This document shows positions 1 to 8,764 of a stretch of DNA of 64,000 nt, piece after piece. Position 1 is the first letter of the stretch. The number at the start of each line of letters is the position of its first letter. The stretch is taken from the NCBI GenBank assembly GCA_965217865.1, contig CBDCJO010000002.1, positions 3,136,001-3,200,000 on the forward strand, read 5' to 3'. The translations under genes were made by a program, and so were the position numbers. The notes under the pieces were generated by a model that searched no databases, was not told the DNA's origin, and saw only the letters and a list, made by a program, of their open reading frames with translations. The DNA is from Candidatus Latescibacterota bacterium. GTDB lineage: Bacteria > Latescibacterota > UBA2968 > SICM01.

Positions 1-153
1 GTATCGGTAAGCCCGGCCGACATGGCGGGAGTCATGCGAAGTGATTTGTGAATCCGAACGAAGTTGTAATATACGAAGTAAAGGCTCAGCATGTGAAGAT
101 GGTTCTCAAGCTTCTTGCTGAAGGCGTTGGTTAGTCTGGTAAACCTTCGCATT
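1..153 (-). pseudogene. IS1-family transposase, C-terminal fragment
   Basis: Minus strand reads [44 protein letters not shown], typical of an IS1-type transposase C-terminus; 5' part absent. Confidence 0.75.
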
Positions 154-308
154 TGTCCATCCCGCTTTTCCGACCCGCACTCGAGCCGTTTCCAGAATCT
201 TCCCGTTGACATCCCGCCCACAACCTGACCTGCCGGACCAACCAGTTCAGTTGCGGCCAGCGCCACGTCTCCGGCACCACTGCCGATATCGAGGACCCTC
301 ATCCCGCT
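154..308 (-). pseudogene. Class I SAM methyltransferase fragment
   Basis: Minus strand [30 protein letters not shown] (motif I), followed by a frameshift. Confidence 0.7.
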
Positions 309-375
309 GGCTCTCGAGATGCTCGACCCCGATCACGAGTGAGGTCCCGGGCCGCAAATCCACGGGACCGGGACC
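309..375. repeat. 67-bp dispersed repeat (copy 1 of 2)
   Basis: Exact reverse complement of 56247-56313; internal inverted repeat GGTCCCGG...CCGGGACC. Confidence 0.85.
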
Positions 376-447
376 GCCCAAGACATCCGGGGACAGGTTG
401 TCGAGCGATCAACGCTGGAGTGCTGAGGATCATGGCTCTCTCCATCG

Positions 448-1032
448 TTACGCGTTCGCGTCGGTGGTACCGAAAATATCGCGCTTCAATTCTTCGTATA
501 CGGCTTCTCGGACGTCACCGATACTCTCTGTTCGATACCTGTCGAATGTCATTGACCCCTCACCGCGTTCGTACAAGTCTTCAAGACCCTGGCTAGCGAG
601 TCCCTGATAGTTTCGACTGACGGCGGCATCGTTGTCGATCATGCGGCTGACGCGCACTTCATCCAAAGGATCTCCAGTCCGTTTGAGTTGATGAATCTGA
701 AAGTCGGGGTCGTTTCTATACGCCGACCTCACGTAGAAGACCTTTTTTCGCTCTTCAGGAAAAGAATCGTGAAACTCCAACACGACATCGTTGGTCCATT
801 GGTCGCGGCTGGGTGAACCAGCTTTGACGTGATAATCCATGTCCCACATATTGCCTGTTATCTGTTTATTTGATGTCCAATTGTGCCAGGTCTGCAGCGC
901 ATCGAAGAAGGAGGACTTGCCACACCCGTTCGGACCTGCGAGCACAATCAGGCGCGCGGTGTCGGGGATGCCCTGAACGGTCAGGTTGGTGAACCGTTTA
1001 AAGTCTTTGATTGTGGCGCTCTTAAACCTCAT
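448..1032 (-). pseudogene. AAA/SMC-like ATPase with large internal deletion
   Basis: MRFKSATIKDFKRF start and Walker A GPNGCGKS; jumps to a C-terminus-like VYEELKRDIFG with no Walker B. Confidence 0.7.
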
Positions 1033-1044
1033 GCCTACGCTCCA

Positions 1045-1243
1045 CTAGTGTCGTGTCCCAGAAGTTCCTTACAAAAGAAAGTCTCCAAAAACGTAGCGGT
1101 GGCTGTCATTTTGATCGAGAGCCAGCGAGCGAAGATCGCACCAACTGTCTGATAGTTCGGGACATAGAGATCCTTCGCTCCGCTCAGGACGACAGACCGC
1201 TACCCAAGAAATTATTGAAGGAATCTTTGGGACACGACACTAG
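1045..1243. mobile_element. MITE with ~26-bp TIRs at CTAG, containing a REP-like palindrome
   Basis: CTAGTGTCGTGTCCCAGAAGTTCCTT ... AAGGAATCTTTGGGACACGACACTAG; internal stem at 1093-1203. Confidence 0.8.
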
Positions 1244-1339
1244 TACTTAGCTGCGCAAGTTTATGCGTGCAAATCCGCCCTTAACATCCTGTTTTTGCTA
1301 GGAAATCAGATTACGCGAATTTCCGCAGGTTGGTACTAG
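1240..1339. mobile_element. 100-bp MITE (copy 1), IS630-like ends
   Basis: CTAGTAC...GTACTAG ends; exact reverse complement of 5654-5753. Confidence 0.85.
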
Positions 1340-1469
1340 AATGGTACAGGGACAGAGGGGGGGTGTACCAAGAATCCGAGATGCTTTGTACCACGCCTCG
1401 ACTCGACCGCCAGGGGGTCGCTCTCGTCCGATTTATCCCTGCGGGAAGGCTTGGAGAAAGGCCCACAGC

Positions 1470-1709
1470 GGGGCCCGCTGGATGACGGCGAGGTTCGAGG
1501 TCTTGAAATCCGCTTCGGCCTCTTTCAGGGACTGGTAAAACCGGCAAAACTTCCTCGGACTTCGCCGTCGCGCCACACTGGAGCCAGCGATAAAACGTCG
1601 TTTCGCCGATTCCCGCCATCCGGCAGGCGGCCTTGTTCGAGAGGCCCTTCCGAACGTTGCCGACGATCTCGGCCTCGAGTTCGGGCGTCAGCTTTGTCTT
1701 ACGTCCCAC
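1470..1709 (-). pseudogene. Phage-like HTH protein fragment (terminase small subunit-like)
   Basis: GRKTKLTPELEAEIVGNVRKGLSNKAACRMAGIGETTFYRWL, then a frameshift. Confidence 0.5.
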
Positions 1710-2398
1710 CGTGCCGTGTGTCCCCCTTTCGAGCCGGTCAAACTCGTAATGCACCGACCTGCCGTTCGTCCTCGCCGCCGTAATCCTCCCGTACTCGATG
1801 ACCTCTTGAAGGACTTCCCCCCATTCGATATCCTGAAGGAACTCTCCGCATTAGACGACATCCTGAAGGAACTCCCTGAACTACCCCCATTCGTGTGACT
1901 GTTGCACTCCACTGTTGCAACTCCACTGTCCCGCTCCACTGTCCCCCCCACGGTCGCTTTTCTGAAGGTTCCGCATTCCATTGCCCGGATTCCTGAATAA
2001 AGTCGCGCACGGAGAGAATCCGATGCCCTGTGGCCGATTATTGTATCCCCTCTGTGCCGACCAATGCCGGTTTGCTGGCTGGGAAGTATCCGATAGCGCC
2101 CGGCAATCTCCGCCACGTATGTTTGCCATCTGTTTGGCGTCCTCGAATACCAGCCATGGAGATACGTATAAAAATCCTGATGCCGGTCCCATGGTATAAA
2201 CATATTCAGAAAGCGGACAGCGTTCCACGCCTCCGGGTTGGTTTCGAAAATATCAATTAGATTGCGAGCGACCACATCATTGAGTCTCCGTTGGTAAGGG
2301 CGTCCGCCGCCGAACCGCGACCTAATCGGACAGGCTGAGACGTTCGACCGATCCGACCGTACGGTTGCGCGGTCGATCCGTTCCTCACGGCCAGCCCG

Positions 2399-2671
2399 TC
2401 AACTGGCCTGCTTACAGGCCAAGCCGAACACGGTCTCAGTCATCCAACGCTTGAAACTGTCGTTGTCCATGAATTGCTTGAACAGTTCGGCATCATCCTT
2501 GATTAGCGCCGTCATGACACGAGTGAGCGCCTTGCCGTGCTCAATGCGAGCATTGTCCTGATCGGAGTTCTGGCGAGCGTTCTTGAACGCAGCGTCCTGG
2601 GCTACTCGAAAAGGAATGGTCTCCGTGATCATCTCCTTCACACGGTCGGTGTCCTGCCACGCGATGGCACC
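2399..2671 (-). pseudogene. hsdR: Type I restriction enzyme R subunit, C-terminal fragment
   Basis: VAQDAAFKNARQNSDQDNARIEHGKAL...ELFKQFMDNDSFKRW; cut by the IS at 2672. Confidence 0.75.
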
Positions 2672-2793
2672 TATCTTTTGTCTGAGATCGCCCGAAAAAA
2701 CGGGGGCAAGGTCGAAGCAAGATCCTGGTTGCCTGTAGGGTTGAGAAGGGATACATATTTTGGGATATCCCTGACCTCACAGGAGGAGTAAAG

Positions 2794-3129
2794 ATGGAGC
2801 AACTGTCCTCAAACAGTGACCCGGTCAAGAAGCGCAGGAGCTTGTCCCCGGAACAGAAGTATGAGATTTTCCTTGAAGCCAGCCGGGGAGATGTTCCCAT
2901 TGCACAGGTGCTGCGGAAATGGGGCATTCATTCCTCGGATCTAAAGCGTATTCGTGAGTCGGTCAAGTCCGGGGCCCTCAAGGAGTTCAAGGGTCGCCGG
3001 AGCCGCAAGCCGATGGTATCGGCTGAGGAGGTGGAGCAGCTGCGCAAAGAGCGGGCACGCCTGGAGCAAACGATCATTGAGCAATCTGTGGAACTTTCCC
3101 TGCTAAAAAAAAGTGTGAATGGGATCTGA
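2794..3129 (+). CDS. IS3-family OrfA (HTH)
   Basis: RRSLSPEQKYEIFLE HTH plus coiled coil; A8G run before the stop; orfB lies in the -1 frame. Confidence 0.9.
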   Translation: MEQLSSNSDPVKKRRSLSPEQKYEIFLEASRGDVPIAQVLRKWGIHSSDLKRIRESVKSGALKEFKGRRSRKPMVSAEEVEQLRKERARLEQTIIEQSVELSLLKKSVNGI

Positions 3130-3152
3130 CAGGCCCGATCAAGGGCCACCGG

Positions 3153-4184
3153 GTGCAAGCTGAGGTCAAACGCGAGATCCTCTTAATGGTCCATCGGGCC
3201 AAGGAGAAAGGGGTGAAACTCACCCGTTCTTGCGAGATCCTACAGCTTCCCCTCCAGCGGTATTGTGCCTGGAGCCGGCGAGATCGAGAAGAGAAGCTGG
3301 ATGGGGTGTCGGACCCGCTTTTGGATGGGAAGCCCGGGCCCGCCCCTGATAAGGCCCCACACGGATTGCTGAGGGAGGAGAAAGAGCAAATCTCGGCCCT
3401 CTTAAGGGATGAGACCTATGCCGATCTGCCTCCCCATCAGCTGGCGGTGGTAGCCTCAGAGAAGGGGGTAGTGCAGGCCTCGGCCTCCAGCTTCTACCGA
3501 CAGGCCAGGAAAGAACGTCTGGCACGCAGGAAACAGGTGAGGACGCCGGTCAAGCAGAGCAAGCCCCAGGTCAAACCTGAAGGTCCTAATCAGGTCTGGA
3601 GCTGGGACCTGACCTACATCCCATTTTTCGGTTTGTTCCTGTATTTTACCGCCATTCTCGACGTGTATTCCAGGAAGATCGTAGGATGGAAGCTCTCCTT
3701 CAACGCGACCGTGGAGCAGGTCAAACAGGCCTGGGATCAAGCCCTTGCCAACGAAGGACTGCTGGACCTGGACACTGGGCCCATAAGCTTGACAGCCCTC
3801 TCAGATCACGGATCTCAGATGAAGGCCAAATCGATGGCCCAATTCTTCAAGGACCTGGGCATCTCGCAGCTGTTTGCCCGATATCAAACACCCACGGACA
3901 ACGCCTGGATCGAAGCCTTTTTCCGGACATTCAAATACGACTGGCTGCGCTTCCAGGACATCTTCACATTCCATCAACTGGAAGGCCTGATTGATTCCTT
4001 CATTCACAGCTACAACGCCGAACGCTATCACGGGGCAATACAGTATGTCACGCCTCTTCAGAGGCATAAAGGCCAGCATCAAAAGATTCTTCACCACCGA
4101 CAAGGTCGAAAGGAGGAGGCTCGGCAGCGCCGCATAGAAATCAATCGGCAAAGAACATCCCAGACCATCCACAAGGCTGCCTGA
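3153..4184 (+). CDS. IS3-family OrfB DDE transposase
   Basis: PNQVWSWDLTY / SDHGSQM / NAWIEAFF DDE triad. Confidence 0.95.
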   Translation: MQAEVKREILLMVHRAKEKGVKLTRSCEILQLPLQRYCAWSRRDREEKLDGVSDPLLDGKPGPAPDKAPHGLLREEKEQISALLRDETYADLPPHQLAVVASEKGVVQASASSFYRQARKERLARRKQVRTPVKQSKPQVKPEGPNQVWSWDLTYIPFFGLFLYFTAILDVYSRKIVGWKLSFNATVEQVKQAWDQALANEGLLDLDTGPISLTALSDHGSQMKAKSMAQFFKDLGISQLFARYQTPTDNAWIEAFFRTFKYDWLRFQDIFTFHQLEGLIDSFIHSYNAERYHGAIQYVTPLQRHKGQHQKILHHRQGRKEEARQRRIEINRQRTSQTIHKAA

Positions 4185-4236
4185 ATCTTGCTTGGACCTT
4201 TATCTGCTTTTCTCTTGTTATCTCAGAATAGATACA

Positions 4237-4420
4237 GGTTTCCGGTTCAACCGTGAGCACGGTAGCCGCGATGATGGCGGCGTTCCGCTCCCCATCCGAC
4301 ATTTGCGCAATACTGAAACTCGTGCCGTCGTTTTTGTGCCACGCAAGAATCTCTTCATCTTTGGAATTCTGGAGAGAAACAACCAGAGTCCTGAGCGCAA
4401 GTAGTTCGTTGAGCTGATCA
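4237..4420 (-). pseudogene. AAA/ABC ATPase internal fragment
   Basis: FSIAQMSDGERNAAIIAATVL signature-like segment. Confidence 0.6.
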
Positions 4421-4424
4421 AAGG

Positions 4425-4737
4425 GCGACCTACGCCAAGGAAATCTTTGACGCCCGTGAACAGACCCTGTGGCGTGCCTATATCGCCCACCCCGACCGTT
4501 TTGTGCAGGGTCCCCCGCAGCCAACCGACCTGCCTTCCGAGGTCTGGATCAATCCACCCCGGATCTCGGATAAGTCCCAGCAGGATCCAGTCGTTATTAC
4601 GCCAGGTGATACCAAATCGAACCCGGTCCCGATACCTGCACGGGGATCCACGGTTGCCGATGACACCTCTTATGGAGACGGCCGGAAATTTCACTGAATT
4701 CCAACTTTCAGTGTCTCAAAATTGTTGACATGTTCCG
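4425..4737 (+). mobile_element. Right end of a second IS3-family element
   Basis: AYIAHPDRFVQGPP..LPSEVWINPP tail and end GTGTCTCAAAATTGTTGACATGTTCCG; repeated inverted at 36607-36789. Confidence 0.75.
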
Positions 4738-4781
4738 TGAATCGCAACTGATAAACCGTCCGCTAAACCGGGGTAACTCCA
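4738..4781 (+). mobile_element. Right end of a third IS3-family element
   Basis: Near-identical to 46356-46399 (...CCGTCCGCTAAACCGGGGTAACTCCA). Confidence 0.75.
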
Positions 4782-4832
4782 AACCGGGATTGGCCCGATG
4801 TCAAGGTCATCCGGTACAAAAGCGATGGATGG

Positions 4833-5645
4833 TTGATCGAAGCTCTTTTGGTCCTTCCGCTTCGATACGTATCTGGCCAGAGGTACCCCACACTCCTCTT
4901 CCTCCACGGGGGACCCGAGAAGTCTGTCACGGGTAGTTTCAATGAACTGATTTCGGCAAGGGTAGAATCAGCTGCGCACCTCTTGGCGGCACACGGATAC
5001 GCTGTTTTGCTGCCAAACTTCAGAGGCAGTAGTGGCTATGGAGCCGAATTCTTGGAGCAGCTCCAGAACTATCAGATGATGTCAATCCCCTATCGGGATG
5101 CAGTGGCGGACATTGACTACCTGATTGAGGAGGGTGTTGCGGACCCGGAGGGACTGGGTGTATATGGCAGCAGCTTTGGCGGCCAACTGACGGCTTGGAC
5201 TGTGTCGCAGACCTCACGTTTCAAGGGCGCAGTTGCCTCCATTTGGGTGTACGACAGGCTTCACGATGATCGATTGTCAGGTACGCCATTCCACGCCTTG
5301 AGGCCGAATCGACTCGGAGATGTTGACCCAAAGGCAATGTGGCTTGACCCAGACGTTTACAGGAAGCTTTCACCTATCGAACACATCGCGGCAATCGAGA
5401 CACCTGTAATGATTATCGAATCAGGTGCGGAGAGGCGCGTTCGGGGCTCACAGGCCCGACTTTTCTATAATGGCCTATCTGCTCTCGGTATCGAGACCCG
5501 CTTGGTTTACTATCCAAAAGCCTATCATGGTGGCGGCTGGAATGATGACTACAAACGCGACTACATGAACAGGCTTATTGCATGGTTCGACCATTGTCTT
5601 AGGGACATAGATCTTCCAAAATGGTTCAACCGTAGTCTGCCATAA
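4833..5645 (+). pseudogene. S9 prolyl oligopeptidase family, catalytic domain only (5'-truncated)
   Basis: LHGGP, PNFRGSSGYG, GSSFGG and YPKAYHG motifs; N-terminal propeller missing. Confidence 0.85.
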
Positions 5646-5653
5646 CAAGTGGA

Positions 5654-5753
5654 CTAGTACCAACCTGCGGAAATTCGCGTAATCTGATTTCCTAGCAAAA
5701 ACAGGATGTTAAGGGCGGATTTGCACGCATAAACTTGCGCAGCTAAGTACTAG
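5654..5753. mobile_element. 100-bp MITE (copy 2)
   Basis: Reverse complement of 1240-1339; bounded by CTAG. Confidence 0.85.
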
Positions 5754-5769
5754 GGAGTAACCCCTTCGG

Positions 5770-5832
5770 ATGGCTCAACGAGGTCGAGATCTGGTTCAGC
5801 ATCCTATGGAAGAGAGCGCTCCGCAACGCCAG
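5770..5832 (+). pseudogene. IS630 transposase micro-fragment
   Basis: WLNEVEIWFSILWKRALRNAS. Confidence 0.55.
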
Positions 5833-6111
5833 CAGTGGGGGCTCGGCTGTCGCCCCCAATTTGCCGTCTGTCCGTGTGGAACTATGGCGTGAGACAGTGG
5901 CGACCGCCTCCGACCTTTCATGCCCTTCTCCGGGAAACAGATCGCCAGGTTTTGAGGGCGCAGGGAGGGTTGCTTGATGAAATCATCGGTGGCGGCGCGG
6001 GGTTGTGAACGCGCAGCAGTTCAAGATATGCGCCTGGGCATGGAACCCCGAACTCCAGTGGGGGCTCGGCTGTCGCCCCAATTTGCCGTCTGTCCGTGTG
6101 GGACAGTGGCG
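5833..6111. repeat. 223-bp non-coding unit, circularly permuted (~1.2 units)
   Basis: CAGTGGGGGCTCGG... recurs at 5833 and 6056; same unit is linear at 55829-56055. Confidence 0.85.
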
Positions 6112-6329
6112 TACGTCTTGCCCCGTGCCTCGAGTGCTGCTGCAGCGAGCGCGAGGAATTCGTCAACGTCTTCCGTTTCTTGTTCTATCACCAGGAATGT
6201 ATTGCTACACCCAAGACGGAGAAAGAGGTCCTGAATATCACCGGGTGGGACGCCAGATGCGTGCAGCGTTTTTACCATACCCTCTGGCAGCATCTGGAGC
6301 GACGCATCAAAGATTGCGGGCCGGATCGG

Positions 6330-7444
6330 ATGGTGGGGCCATCGAGACGTCCTGCAATCTGTGGGTTACCCTGGCCCACTACCTCCAGGGGAAGGGGTAT
6401 CGCGTGCTGCTGGTGAGCCCCCTCACGACGTATCACGCAAGACCGATGATGCACCGCGATTTCTCCAAGTCGGATCCCAGGGATGCCTTTCTGGTGGCCG
6501 ACAGCGCACAGAAGGGAAGCTATGATCTCTTCAGGACGTTCGAGCCTCACATGGAGGCCGCGCACCAGCTCTCAATCGCCTACGACAAGCTCCGGAAGGA
6601 CCTCACAAAGTCCCTGCTCCGCACCCGGTCTCTGATGGAACGCGTCTTCCCGGAGTTCCTCCACGCGGTCAACATTCGTACGAAGACCTCCCGCTACCTG
6701 TTGGAGCGATATTTCTTGCCCCGCCACTTCGAGGAAATTGACATCGAAGAGGAGGGCCGCCAGATCCATCGGATCTCAAGAGGCAGTTACGGGGTGGCGA
6801 CGCTGCAGAAGCTGAAGGAGGAGGCCCGGACCTCCATCGGGATCCCGGTCGAGGGCCAGGAAGATGTCCTCCGCATCATCCTGAATGGCTGGATCGAGGC
6901 GCTCCGGCGGACCGAGACGCAACTCAAAGCTGTGGAGCAGGCGATGATCGTCCGCACTCAGCAGGATCCGACTTTCCAAATCGTCGACTCGATCCCCAAC
7001 ATCAACAAAAACCTGGCTGCCCAATTTACCGCGGAGACGCGAGGGGCCACCCGCTTCACCCACTTCAAACAGATCGAGAAGCTCGCCGGCACGAACGTGC
7101 GCATCGCCGACTCCGGAAAGTACAAAGGCAAAAGGCGGATGAGCAAGATCGGCAATCCCCGGCTGCGGCGAATCATCTACCAGATGACCGAACAGACCGC
7201 CCGGGTCGTGCCCCAGGTCCGCCGCCGCTTCCTCGAACGCGAGCTCAGGAAGAAGTGCTACCGCAAGAATATCGTGGCCGCCTCGTCCCAGCTCCTACGG
7301 CTCATCGTAGCCCTGCTCAGAGAAAATCGTCTCTACGAGGAGAGAGACCACCCCGCGGCATCCCTCAAAACGCTCGAGAGGCGCTACATGAAGCGCTACA
7401 AGAAAAAGCAGCATCCCCGACGGCGCGCTCGCGCCGCCGCCTGA
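6330..7444 (+). pseudogene. IS110-family transposase/recombinase, N-terminus lost
   Basis: IETSCNLW, SKSDPRDA, SIPNI, DSGKYKG..MSKIGNPRLR motifs; first DEDD strand replaced by unrelated DNA. Confidence 0.85.
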
Positions 7445-7904
7445 CCGCTGCCGCGGTCACACTCGCTCTTTGACATCGCTGCTCGATTCACATCCGGTGC
7501 AGTCTCCTGCCGGACCGGTTACACAAGCTGCCGCCTTCCAAGGCGGCCAGGGGCGGCCTGCAGAACTGGCTTGAGAGGAGGGCTCCGATAGGAGTCGCTT
7601 CGGCTAACAGATCCGCAGGCCTCCCCGTCTTCCTGGATCGGATTAGAAAATGCGCGAAGACCGGCACACCTACTCACACAAACAAGAGTGCCGGCCGCGG
7701 ATGTAAGTTGGTATCGGAAGACACCACCCCCCACACGGGAGCTTCGCCCCTCTTCAAAGACCGGTCCTGCACCATAAGGGCGAACTGCGCTCCGAACATA
7801 GTAAGAATGTCCACTTTACACCCCTTGACGCTGAGAAAACCGGCATAAAAAATCTCATCCAACCTCGAAATCGTCAACTTTGCTCTTGACTTTCCGCATG
7901 TAGT
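7445..7904 (+). ncRNA. Long non-coding right end of IS110 (candidate bridge/seek RNA region)
   Basis: ~460 bp with several stems (CCGGCAC..GTGCCGG, TTCGCCC..GGGCGAA); TTGACT near the terminus, as in IS110 right ends. Confidence 0.5.
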
Positions 7905-8006
7905 CTGCGGTATATCCGATGTTTGGTCGTGGGGAAATTATTGCGAAGCAACCACGGCCAAATATGGGTGGAGTGAAACGGAACCGGATATACCGCTGAT
8001 ATACGA
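7903..8006 (-). other. Integron attC-like site, R' end replaced by the IS110 terminus
   Basis: Minus strand TCGTATATC-AGCGGTATATCCG...CGGATATACCGC-AGAC, then IS sequence; lies directly after the GNAT stop. Confidence 0.65.
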
Positions 8007-8031
8007 TGGAGTATTTGGTTCCTATTTTTGA

Positions 8032-8508
8032 CTATTTTTTGGAGCTATTTATTATCCTTTTTTCCATGAGGTAACTGACCATTTTCTTGTTTTCCATGAG
8101 ATGCGGTTGTTTCTTGATTACCTTGTAGCCTTTTCGTTCGTAGAACTTTTTTGCTGAGACGGAGGCAACAATCTGAATATTCCTAACTCCCATTTTTTTG
8201 AGAGAGTCTTCAGCAGTTTCTAGCAATTTGCTTCCGATACCTTCACCTTGGTGATCTTTATGAACGTAAAGGCCCCAAAATTCACCTTTGAGGCTGTGGT
8301 TTACGAATCCAACGATCTTGCGGCTTAGCACAGCAACCCACTTTTTGCCTATCTTCATGGGGTCTCTGTGTTTTTTGGCTGTGACTCTTCCAGACCAAAC
8401 CTTGATGATATCTTCGGGGTAATCGTTGCTGTTGATGTGCCTAATTGTTTCTCTGTGTAGTCGTGCCACAGCTGTAGCATCTTCCGATCTAAATTTACGT
8501 ATTCTCAT
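8032..8508 (-). CDS. GNAT family N-acetyltransferase (gene cassette)
   Basis: LYVHKDHQGEGIGSKLL acetyl-CoA motif, AKKFYERKGY; AT-rich; bracketed by attC-like sites. Confidence 0.9.
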   Translation of the reverse strand: MRIRKFRSEDATAVARLHRETIRHINSNDYPEDIIKVWSGRVTAKKHRDPMKIGKKWVAVLSRKIVGFVNHSLKGEFWGLYVHKDHQGEGIGSKLLETAEDSLKKMGVRNIQIVASVSAKKFYERKGYKVIKKQPHLMENKKMVSYLMEKRIINSSKK

Positions 8509-8583
8509 GGAATATCATTATTCTTCTAAAGAATAGCTCCAAAACAAAGAATCAAAAAATAAAAATAGGAACTAAATGTTCTG

Positions 8584-8674
8584 TCGTATCGTCTTCCCGG
8601 TTGCCGAACCCGCGTAGCGGGTTGCCGAAGGCCAAGGCGTGCACGCGCCGCAGTGGCAACCGGTTGTTACACGA
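8584..8674 (-). other. Integron attC-like site of the upstream cassette
   Basis: Minus strand GTGTAAC-AACCGGTTGCC...GGCAACCGGG-AAGACG^ATACG (TT of GTT missing). Confidence 0.65.
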
Positions 8675-8764
8675 CGTTGTTGTTAAGCGGCTAAAGGTTG
8701 GTCTGTTGGTTGCAGAGTTGGCTCTGATACAGGAAACCGATAATGGTCTCCAGCCGCCCACATG

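Larger units (their letters stand above)
2672..4236 (+). mobile_element. IS3-family element, full copy 1 (1565 bp)
   Basis: Ends TATCTTTTGTCTGAGAT / ATCTCAGAATAGATACA; orfA+orfB; flanks CACC and GGTT are not a TSD. Confidence 0.95.

Noticed and set aside
1795-1895. Short repeats ATCCTGAAGGAACTC
   Set aside because: Best explained as a low-complexity coding tail (DILKEL repeats); too short for an array
5638-5657. GCCATAAC at the peptidase stop, and GTTAGC upstream of the genes starting at 32486 and 35404, as extra cassette boundaries
   Set aside because: Only isolated core heptamers; no complete attC hairpin is visible
6005-6329. Novel N-terminal domain on the IS110 protein
   Set aside because: Derived from the 223-bp repeat and unrelated fragments; an accidental open frame
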